Virus record (IMG/VR): IMGVR_UViG_3300035180_001680
Strand: one strand, 5' to 3'
Length of the DNA stretch: 64,000 nt
DNA from: a virus
Lineage: Duplodnaviria; Caudoviricetes
Position numbers and translations under genes: made by a program. Shown one piece after another: positions 38,867 through 46,805 of this stretch. Under the pieces are notes generated by a model. That model was given only the letters and a program-made list of their open reading frames with translations. It had not been told where the DNA came from and ran no database searches. Positions within the stretch are counted from its first letter, which is position 1; the number at the start of each line of letters is the position of its first letter.

Positions 38867-38934
38867 TTTTGGTTGACATTTGGTCTTGATTGTGAGACAA
38901 TGACTTTATTGAAACAAACACAGAAAGAACACAA

Positions 38935-39435
38935 ATGACAAAGATCGAACAATTGATGACCCAAGTCAATGGTTCTACTTTCATCACAATCAACACTGAA
39001 ACTCCTATCAAGTTGACTGGTGGTCAAAAGAATCCTCTTCAAGGTCGTGTTACGAAACGAGTGGTCGGTTCGAATGTTATGGTGTTCCAAAATAAGACGA
39101 CCAATGCTTATGAAAATATGGTCAACAAACGTTTGGTCCAAGAAGGTTTCGAACCGAAATCGTTCTCTGTTGGACCCCGTACTTGGGGCACTCGTCGTAA
39201 AGACTCTCCTTTCATCGACCACGACGACAACGTTTATCTTGAAGTAATTTTCCTCAAACCAGGTGACGTTGAGTATTTGGTCGACGGTCAGAAGTTCGAA
39301 GGTCACATCGAAGGACTTCCTCAAAGTCGAAGTGAAGGTCAACAAGGTGGTCTTGAAAATAAAGTGATCATTCGAACCTACAACATCAACAGTATAAAGT
39401 CAATAACAATTAACAAACAACACTACATTCTGTGA
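38935..39435 (+). CDS. Conserved phage hypothetical protein
   Basis: NPLQGRVTK, YENMVNKRL..EG, WG.R....P.I.H motifs; own promoter. Confidence 0.75.
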   Translation: MTKIEQLMTQVNGSTFITINTETPIKLTGGQKNPLQGRVTKRVVGSNVMVFQNKTTNAYENMVNKRLVQEGFEPKSFSVGPRTWGTRRKDSPFIDHDDNVYLEVIFLKPGDVEYLVDGQKFEGHIEGLPQSRSEGQQGGLENKVIIRTYNINSIKSITINKQHYIL

Positions 39436-39797
39436 AATGTCAACAAGAGAGATCGAAAGATCTCTCTTGACTTTTGACCCGAATTGTTGGAAAATGATTT
39501 TGTTTGCTAATCAACCGAGACTATCATGAGCACTGGTTATTCGTTACACTGTTCGGGTTTTGTTAGGTTGAATTGCAAGTGACGATTTCATGGAAGGACA
39601 AAGTGGGTAGGTAGAGGGTTACTAGTAATCAATTCCGACAGTGATGATCGGATGTTGATAGGACGATATGTCGTCTTTTCTGGTAACTCATCAAGAATCC
39701 AAACAGTTCTTGACGCACTAGATTTTGATGAAGAATAGTTGACATTGTTACCCTAATGTAGGACAATGTCTTTGTTGAAACGAACTAAATCAATGTC

Positions 39798-40199
39798 ATG
39801 TCCGATATGAAAAAAGTTTGGCGTGTTGAAAATTCCAAAGGTGTTGGAATGTACAACTGGGGAACCACAGCCCTAAATCACATGGGAGGGGGAAAACGAC
39901 ATCCTGGTCCATCTTCTGTAAATCAAAATACTGATTTTGGTATTAGTTATTTTTTTGACTATATTCTTTCAGCAAAAGAAGTCCGTAATTGGAAGTTTGG
40001 CTTTGCTTCTTTGGAACAAGCGAAACGTTGGATTTACAGTGCACAGATTCGTAGGCTACTTCGCAACGAGGGGCACTTACTGAACTGCTATGAAGTTCCA
40101 AAAGATTCATTTCACAAAAGTTATCACCAAGCCATATTCGATAGTTCCAAAGCAAAACTAATCGAGACAAGATGTGTTACGTTTTGGGATGAACGTTGA
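39798..40199 (+). CDS. Hypothetical protein
   Basis: VWRVEN..G.G.Y, HP.P, FGFASLEQA..W motifs. Confidence 0.7.
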   Translation: MSDMKKVWRVENSKGVGMYNWGTTALNHMGGGKRHPGPSSVNQNTDFGISYFFDYILSAKEVRNWKFGFASLEQAKRWIYSAQIRRLLRNEGHLLNCYEVPKDSFHKSYHQAIFDSSKAKLIETRCVTFWDER

Positions 40200-40284
40200 T
40201 GTAACAAGTGTGAAGAGGACTCGAGAAAAAGTCAATGGTATATTAGTACTGTTGACTTTTATTTTGTGTTCTAAAACTTGACTT

Positions 40285-40349
40285 GTATACCTCTCCCCTG
40301 AATCTTGATTTCATAAAGACATTATACCTCAAACTGTCCCAAAAGTCAA
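40285..40349 (-). promoter_or_regulatory. Promoter plus G-rich leader element, copy C (back-to-back with a + promoter)
   Basis: TTGACT-N17-TATAAT, then GTCTTTATGAAATCAAGATTCAGGGGAGAGGTATAC; the -35 lies in the palindrome AGTCAACTGTTGACT. Confidence 0.82.
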
Positions 40350-40413
40350 CTGTTGACTCTTTACCTCAAATGTTGGACAATGTCCTCATTGAATAATTCA
40401 ACTGGAGATAGAA

Positions 40414-40665
40414 ATGTTCGCTACTAAACAAGACTTCACTGATGTACTCAAAAACAATGTGTGTCGTGTTGTCTTTCGTAAGAAGGATAGTTCCGAACGT
40501 GTGATGTACTGCACTCTTCAACACAACGTCATTGAAAGTAATGGGTTGACTCCTAATGGAACTGGTCCTATCGTTCCTGACAATCAGGTTCGTTGTATCG
40601 ATACTAACCTTATGGAGTGGAGAAGTTTCAACATCGATACTGTACTTCAGTTTGAGGTGGTGTAG
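40414..40665 (+). CDS. SH3-fold small protein (WYL_2 / DUF2693-like)
   Basis: V.F.KKD...R.M.CTL, D....EWRSF..D.V. Confidence 0.75.
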   Translation: MFATKQDFTDVLKNNVCRVVFRKKDSSERVMYCTLQHNVIESNGLTPNGTGPIVPDNQVRCIDTNLMEWRSFNIDTVLQFEVV

Positions 40666-41377
40666 TAGACAGACACTACTGTTTACTAGTAAGCAACTTT
40701 CAAAAATAATCACTTTCAGAACCTATCTCATTTTATTTTTCACATATCTGAATCCTCTCTCTTCAGATAGCTCTTTAAGGGGAAGCATCATGCTTCCCCT
40801 CTTTTTTGAGCGTAGCACTCACTCCAAACACAAAGACACAAAGATGTACACATAACACAAATGGGAAGATAATTGACTACCCAGCAGCAAGGAATGCTAC
40901 CAATTATAGACATTCATACAACACACAGCAGTGTCTGAAACGTACAACAGTATTGTATTGGGTTGATGATTACTGAATGAGGGTAAGTGTACTCAATGTA
41001 TTGAACTGATTATTCAACCACACCAACAATTATGAAGTGTGTACCTTTATTCTGTCTACTTGGTAAAGGGAAACGTGATACCCGACACACATGGGTAAAC
41101 ATGGAAGGTTGGGTTGTTGGGTACAATGAGAGACGGTATGGTAAGACAGTGTTCACATACTGAATGTAATCACTGTGGTGAACAACCTACAAAGAGAGCA
41201 AAAATTTGGACCCTTTTCAGTTATAATCAAAGTTATATACCTATAACTTTTACTGATCAACACGAGTTCTTATCAAATTTGTGTATCTCCCGATCAGGTT
41301 TACTTATCACGACGGGGGGTTGAAAAATGTGGGGTGGGGTGAGTAAGTGAGGTGAGATTAGAGTGGTCTTGTTTGAA

Positions 41378-41495
41378 AGTCAACTGTTGATCTTTTTATT
41401 TTTCGTTAAAACTGACCTGTACTCGAGATCGTATACCTCTCCCCTGAATCTTGATTTCATAAAGACATTATACCTCAAACTGTCCCAAAAGTCAA
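41378..41495 (-). promoter_or_regulatory. Promoter plus G-rich leader element, copy D
   Basis: Identical to copy C over about 65 bp; continues GAGTACAGGTCAGTTTTAACGAAAAATAAAAAGATCAACAGTTGAC as in copy E. Confidence 0.82.
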
Positions 41496-41560
41496 CAGTT
41501 GACTTTTTCTTAAAAGGGTAATACAATATCTTTTCTAAAACGTTATAAAGAGAGAAAGAA

Positions 41561-41755
41561 ATGACAGTACTACAACTGATCAAGTCTCTGATGTCTGTCG
41601 AAGACAAATCCATTAATGTAATTATTACGGTTGAGTCGGGGTTGAGTTGTTTATCTTCAAGTGATGTGTTCGGTCAAGAAACATACAGAGAAGATGAAAA
41701 TGGTGAGTCGTATAACGTTTTTGTTATCGAAGGTGAAGAGACAAGTTTCGAGTAA
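41561..41755 (+). CDS. Small acidic hypothetical protein
   Basis: Behind TTGACT-N17-TACAAT (41499-41527). Confidence 0.55.
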   Translation: MTVLQLIKSLMSVEDKSINVIITVESGLSCLSSSDVFGQETYREDENGESYNVFVIEGEETSFE

Positions 41756-41791
41756 TTATCTTTAAAGAAAAAGTCAACGATGAAATGTTCG

Positions 41792-41885
41792 TTGACTTTT
41801 TCCCCTTTTAGAGAGATAATGTACTCGAAATCAGGAATTCAGGGGAGAGGTATGGAGTTTAGAGTACAGGTCAGTTTTAACGAAA
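41792..41885 (+). promoter_or_regulatory. Promoter plus leader copy E; left arm (41810-41885) of a 76-bp inverted repeat
   Basis: TTGACT-N17-GATAAT, then GTACTCGAAATCAGGAATTCAGGGGAGAGGTATGGAG. Confidence 0.85.
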
Positions 41886-42182
41886 AATAAAAAGATCAAC
41901 AGTTGACTTCTTTAAGTTCTTGGTGTTCGAATTTCAAAACATACTCTATACAAAAAGTCAACTGATTAATTCTGAAACATACTTTATACAAAAAGTCAAC
42001 TTTTATTAATTAAAATAGATGGGGTATTGTGTTTTTGTGTGGGTGTGGTAGAATGGGGGTGTGGTGTGTAGGGGGTGTAAAGTATTGTTTTTAGTGAGAA
42101 AGTTGTGGAGTTTTTTGAAAGTTTGTAGTAGAATGTTTGTGTTGTTGAGAGAGAAGTTAATTTGATTTTTAGGAGAGTGAAA

Positions 42183-42755
42183 ATGTTGAAAATGATTAAT
42201 AATGAAATGAATGTGGGTTTTGATGAATTAGTTAATGTGTTTGTTAGTAAGTTTGAAGAAAAGTTGTATGTAAAGAAAGAGAGTTTGAGTAAGAGTATTA
42301 AAGAAGTAAAGAGTAATGTTGAAAAGTTGAAAAAAGAAGTATTGGGTAAAGTTAATTTGAGTAAGTATGAAATTGTTATTGATGTATTAGGTTTGAAATG
42401 TAAAGTTAATAAAGATAGTATAAGTGTTTATTTTAGTGAAGATAGAAAGAAAAGTAGTTATATTGATTTTGTTGTTTATATGTATGATGTAAATGATAAG
42501 AGTTTGGGGTATTGTGTTAATAGTAAGAGAATTAATGTTGATATAGATGTTGATGATGTTGTTGAATATGAGAGTTATATTAGTGAATTAAATAAGTTGA
42601 ATGAAGAATTAATTGAAGTGGTAAATGAAATAAAGAGTATTAGTAGAAAGGAAAGGAGTATTAGGAGTAAGATTAGTGAAATGAAATTGAAAGAGTGTGG
42701 TTTAGAAGAATTGTTGGGAAATGATGAAATAATGAAATTGATTGAATTGAAATAA
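42183..42755 (+). CDS. C-free gene 1 (190 aa, terminal coiled coils), unknown function
   Basis: AGGAG at 42171 then ATG at 42183; no A, P, T, H or Q residues. Confidence 0.8.
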   Translation: MLKMINNEMNVGFDELVNVFVSKFEEKLYVKKESLSKSIKEVKSNVEKLKKEVLGKVNLSKYEIVIDVLGLKCKVNKDSISVYFSEDRKKSSYIDFVVYMYDVNDKSLGYCVNSKRINVDIDVDDVVEYESYISELNKLNEELIEVVNEIKSISRKERSIRSKISEMKLKECGLEELLGNDEIMKLIELK

Positions 42756-42806
42756 AATAGAATTGTGGTGGTTAGGGAGTTTTTTAATTATATAGAGGAT
42801 TAAAAA

Positions 42807-43388
42807 ATGAGTAATGAAATGGTTTATGTTATTAATGTGAATAATGAATTTGTTTTGGAATGTAAAAAAGTATTGATTGAAGATGTTGTTGATGTGTTTT
42901 ATAGTAGAGAAGAAATGAAAGAAATGGGATGGAGATATAGAGATGTGAGTTTAAAAAAAGGTAGAATTAAAGAGTATTTAAATGGTTTAGTAAAAGAAAT
43001 GAAAGATAGTGGAAAAAAGAGTATTAAATTGAGTAGTTTGTTTGTTGGTGTTTGTAAGAGTTATGGTTTAAAGATTAGTGAATATGTTGAAGGTGTGAGG
43101 AGATTAAATAATAAGTTGTTTTTGTATGAAAAGAAAAAGAATAGTTATAGTAAAAGAGATGTAATTAATTTTGTGGATATGGGAGTAATGTTAATAAGAA
43201 AGAAGTATGGGATTGAATTAGATATAAAGAATGTGAGTTATAGTTATGATGGTTGTGTGAAAGTTGTAAAAGATTTGATTAGTTTATATGAATTGTGTAG
43301 TTATAAAGGAAGTAGGTTTATAGTGGAAAAAGAATGGATTGAAATGATTTATAATAAAGAAGGGGAATTGTTTAAGAAGAAAGAATGA
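42807..43388 (+). CDS. C-free gene 2 (193 aa, basic), unknown function
   Basis: GAGGA site; no A, P, T, H or Q residues. Confidence 0.8.
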   Translation: MSNEMVYVINVNNEFVLECKKVLIEDVVDVFYSREEMKEMGWRYRDVSLKKGRIKEYLNGLVKEMKDSGKKSIKLSSLFVGVCKSYGLKISEYVEGVRRLNNKLFLYEKKKNSYSKRDVINFVDMGVMLIRKKYGIELDIKNVSYSYDGCVKVVKDLISLYELCSYKGSRFIVEKEWIEMIYNKEGELFKKKE

Positions 43389-43400
43389 AATAAAAAGTTG

Positions 43401-43429
43401 TTGTGTTTTTTGTGTGGGTGTGGTAGAAT
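43401..43429 (+). promoter_or_regulatory. C-free promoter (second copy at 42027-42054)
   Basis: TTGTGT-N17-TAGAAT with an extended -10 TG; the motif TTGTGTTTTTGTGTGGGTGTGGTAGAAT is duplicated. Confidence 0.65.
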
Positions 43430-43448
43430 AGTGGTGTTGATAATATGA

Positions 43449-43691
43449 ATGGAAAAAGAAATGAAAGTTGAAATTATTAGTGTTATGTTTGAAGATAATA
43501 TTAGTAATTTTTGTGGTGGAGGTTTTTGTAAAGTTGAATGTAGTGGAGAGAATATTGAAGATTGTGTAGTGAATGATTATTATAAAGGAGATTGTGAATT
43601 TGATTTAGATATAGATTTAAGATATAAGGTAGAAGAAGATGTTTATTATTTGAGAAATAGAGAGAGATTGTTAATTATTAAAATAATTTAA
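43449..43691 (+). CDS. C-free gene 3 (80 aa, acidic, Cys-containing), unknown function
   Basis: Behind the C-free promoter; no A, P, T, H or Q residues. Confidence 0.65.
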   Translation: MEKEMKVEIISVMFEDNISNFCGGGFCKVECSGENIEDCVVNDYYKGDCEFDLDIDLRYKVEEDVYYLRNRERLLIIKII

Positions 43692-43708
43692 AAAGTTGTT
43701 GACTTTTT

Positions 43709-43740
43709 AAAAATGACCTGACCTAAGTCAAGTCATTTTT
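43709..43740. terminator. Bidirectional terminator-like hairpin closing the C-free cassette
   Basis: AAAAATGACCTGAC-CTAA-GTCAAGTCATTTTT. Confidence 0.7.
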
Positions 43741-43768
43741 TATTTTTATAAAAGTTGACTTTTATTCA

Positions 43769-43862
43769 TTTCGTTAAAACTGACCTGTTCTCTAAACTCC
43801 ATACCTCTCCCCTGAATTCCTGATTTCGAGTACATTATCTCTCTTTTTGACCCTAAAGTCAA
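43769..43862 (-). promoter_or_regulatory. Promoter plus leader copy F; right arm (43769-43844) of the 76-bp inverted repeat
   Basis: Reverse complement of 41810-41885 with one mismatch; -35 TTGACT at 43862-43857. Confidence 0.85.
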
Positions 43863-44089
43863 CAGTTGACCAAATCCCCTAATTCAGATACAATGTCCTC
43901 ATTGAAATCAAAAATTATGTTTCATTTGGAGTAAATGGTATCATCTGTGTCGGTTCCGGCACCTGCCCTGAAATTGAGGGCACCGAAGAAGTTTTGGAAT
44001 ACATTGAAAGAATTTGTAACTAATTGTTGTCCTCAACCACAGTTTGTGTGACAATGGTCTCACTGAAACGTTAATTGAAAGGAAACAAA

Positions 44090-44518
44090 ATGACCAACAC
44101 CAAGACCTCCAAGAAATCGATTTTCATTTCCGCTTTCAACGCCCTGCCCGTTGACATGAAGCGCAAAGAAGCTCTTGCAATTCTCAGTGAACAATGTGGC
44201 CTTTCGATGGCAGGTGCAAGTACTTATTACGCCAACTGCAAGAGTGGTCTGTGGTCAACTGGAACTGTTCAAAAAGAATCGTATCTTGAAATGATCGCTT
44301 TGGTCACTGGTGAATATATTGCAAAGCATCGTGCAAAAGAACAGGCCAACAGGGCCGTTCAAAGTGTCACACAAAAATCTGAAAAGATCAACCTTGAAGT
44401 GATGACCGGTTCCGAACTGGTTGCTTTGTACAACAGTAAGGTCAGCGATGCCCAACAGATCGTCAAGTTCCGCAACAAGGCTGAAGGAATTAAACGAGTT
44501 GCCGCCCTTATCGGCTGA
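44090..44518 (+). CDS. Protein with an N-terminal HTH-like 'AG(A)STY..N' domain (paralogue of 21279-21668)
   Basis: CGLSMAGASTYYANCKSGLW; C-terminal ELVALYN..KFRNKAEGIKRV. Confidence 0.75.
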   Translation: MTNTKTSKKSIFISAFNALPVDMKRKEALAILSEQCGLSMAGASTYYANCKSGLWSTGTVQKESYLEMIALVTGEYIAKHRAKEQANRAVQSVTQKSEKINLEVMTGSELVALYNSKVSDAQQIVKFRNKAEGIKRVAALIG

Positions 44519-44593
44519 AACTTTGAAATAAGTGTTGACATCTTATCTATAATAGGGTAAGATGTCTTCACTGTAACGAGAAAGAGATGAGCA

Positions 44594-44902
44594 ATGTCCA
44601 ATATAACTTTTCATAAAGAAGTTCGTACCATTTGTAGTAACTATGGTTGGGATGTTTACAGTACATACAACGACAAGGGTGTGACCCATCGAAGGGTATC
44701 GTATTCGAGGGTACCATATTTGAAGGTACCGTATTCGAAGTTCAATTGTAATGTTCCTGAAAAGATCAAGGCACATATCAAACAAGAAGTTGAACAACTG
44801 TTGTCCAATCATGGAGTGACTGGTCAAGTGTATTGGTTTGAGGCTCATTCGTATTATGGTAATGGACCCTACGACAAACTTTGTATCAAGATTCCTTTGT
44901 AG
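44594..44902 (+). CDS. Hypothetical protein
   Basis: 102 aa, behind a TTGACA promoter. Confidence 0.55.
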   Translation: MSNITFHKEVRTICSNYGWDVYSTYNDKGVTHRRVSYSRVPYLKVPYSKFNCNVPEKIKAHIKQEVEQLLSNHGVTGQVYWFEAHSYYGNGPYDKLCIKIPL

Positions 44903-45037
44903 ATAGTTACAATGGCGAAGGTGCTCTATGGTGATAGGGCACCTTTGAAATAAAATTAAACAGTTGACTTTGCTATGCGTATGATGTATAATATATGTGT
45001 ATTAGGGGAGGGATGATTTTTTCCAATTTAAGTTGGT

Positions 45038-45189
45038 CCAATCTATCATTAACTATCTTCCAATCTATCATTAATCATTCTCCAATCCAATCCAATCCAA
45101 TCCAATCTATCATTAACTATCTTCCAATCTATCATTAACTATCTTCCAATCTATCATTAATCATTCTCCAATCTATCATTAACTATCAC
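45038..45189. repeat. 22-bp tandem repeat x6 with an internal (CCAAT)4 run, in a G-free stretch
   Basis: CCAATCTATCATTAA(CTATCTT/TCATTCT) at 45038, 45060, 45102, 45124, 45146 and 45168; no G from 45037 to 45210. Confidence 0.93.
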
Positions 45190-45788
45190 CCCACAATTAT
45201 TTTCCAACCCGCGTCACGATTTTTTTGTCACCCTAAAATAAACACCGCACTGTTTTTCCCATATGTGCAAAAATTTTTTGGCAAATTTTTTTCCCAAAAT
45301 CCAAAATTGTTTATAATCAACAGTTGACATATTCCCCTCTATGAGATATAATATGCTTCATCTCATGCGTTATAGGGAAAATGTAAATGTACACAATACG
45401 TGTATCACCTTTTTTCACATATTAGGTGCTCTCATGATGGGAACGATTTGGGGAGGTATAGTATCTCTATTTGTTCTGTTTGTTAGTGGAAACGAACAAC
45501 TCTTCTTTAAGAGGACTCTATACTTGATGGGAATTGGTGCAGTGGTATCACTCTTGGTATATTTAACCGCAAATGGTGTATTGGTTTGGACATAAGGAGA
45601 TATTAATATGTGGCTACCAAATTGGATTTATAATAAACTCCCAATGATTTATTTCATATTGGGATGTTGTTGTACATTGTTTACTCCAAATGTATTTGGA
45701 TACTTTTCAGGAGGTATATTCTTTTTGATTTGTTCATTGATTGTATACCTCCGTTTTAATAACAGATACGAAGAATAGGAGAAGTAGA

Positions 45789-46133
45789 ATGAAAACAGCT
45801 AAAGAGTTAAGAGAACTTGCCGATAATAGTGAAAGTAGGATAAAAAAAATTCTTGATGAACTTGAAGCAAAGATGGTTGAACGAGCTGAAAAGGGATTTG
45901 TGAATTTGGAATGTAACTTTTCGATTTTTGGAATTCCATTTTTTGAATCCGAATCAGTGCGTTATGTTCCTGAACCTAATCCAACCGCAGCATTGGTGAT
46001 GGATAGATTAAGAAAGTTGGGGTATGAAGTATCGTGGAGAAATATTCATGCTGATTATGTTCCTCGTGGACTTATGAATGATTTTGAAGAGGGTCCAAAA
46101 TTTCAAACGTGGATATGGGTAATTTCTTGGTAA
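45789..46133 (+). CDS. Hypothetical protein
   Basis: Start MKTAKEL after AGGAG; L..LGY.V motif. Confidence 0.65.
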   Translation: MKTAKELRELADNSESRIKKILDELEAKMVERAEKGFVNLECNFSIFGIPFFESESVRYVPEPNPTAALVMDRLRKLGYEVSWRNIHADYVPRGLMNDFEEGPKFQTWIWVISW

Positions 46134-46428
46134 ACAATCAACAAATTGAATAACTTATGGAACTGGTGGTTGGAAGTCCGTTAAATAACGTCCAATCGAC
46201 GATGAACTATTGAATTCTATATTGCCCGGTTTGTCTACAACAGGTTCAAAACTAATAATCTACATTGGGAATACACAAAAAGATTTTATCACATGATAAA
46301 AAATCGGAATGAAACTTTCTTGATTTTTTAGAGTCTAACTTTATGCCACCCCGGCATATAGTAAAACCAATAAACATATCTTAACCTTTTAACATGTTAT
46401 TATAAATATTATTAATAGTTATGTTTAA

Positions 46429-46749
46429 TTGGGTAAAGAAATGTATATAATCGAACTTGTAAAAGATGGGGACGTAATTGGCCTTGGTATGATAGAGAAG
46501 GGGAACATTTATTCATGGACAGCCCCAACACAAAGTGGTTATCAATATTGTTCTAAATTCCACGATAAAGGACGTGCATTAAAGGCTGCTGCAAAGATTG
46601 AGGCGAAGTATCATGCTTCCAAAAAAACATCTTTCAAAGAATACGTAGCGGATCGTGTCAAAGCAGAAGTTGTTCCTGAATTCGGTGGACCAACGAGAGG
46701 TGAAAAGGGTTCCGTTGGTGAGAAGAAAAAAGATAAAATTCGGAGATAG
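46429..46749 (+). CDS. Hypothetical basic protein
   Basis: 106-aa ORF. Confidence 0.5.
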   Translation: MGKEMYIIELVKDGDVIGLGMIEKGNIYSWTAPTQSGYQYCSKFHDKGRALKAAAKIEAKYHASKKTSFKEYVADRVKAEVVPEFGGPTRGEKGSVGEKKKDKIRR

Positions 46750-46805
46750 TAGTTGAACGTTTAATGTTTTTATGGTAATATGATTTTACCTTATAAGGAG
46801 TTTAC

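Larger units (their letters stand above)
42001..43702 (+). other. Cytosine-free DNA segment (1,702 nt with no C on +, no G on -)
   Basis: Last C at 42000, next C at 43703; every intervening line contains only A, G and T. Confidence 0.97.

Noticed and set aside
41380-41613. 77-aa ORF across promoter-leader copy D
   Set aside because: It runs through promoter boxes antisense to a better ORF, and its reading frame is not conserved in copies A, B, E or F.
42001-43702. The C-free region as a bisulfite or deamination artefact of ordinary genes
   Set aside because: Blanket C>T would convert Gln and CGA codons to stops, yet about 460 codons are stop-free, with ribosome-binding sites intact for ORFs 1 and 2; the boundaries also coincide with a biological inverted repeat. 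Read-level confirmation is still advisable.
45038-45189. CRISPR array or coding repeat
   Set aside because: Units are contiguous with no spacers; the only ORF (41 aa) has a poorly spaced ribosome-binding site.
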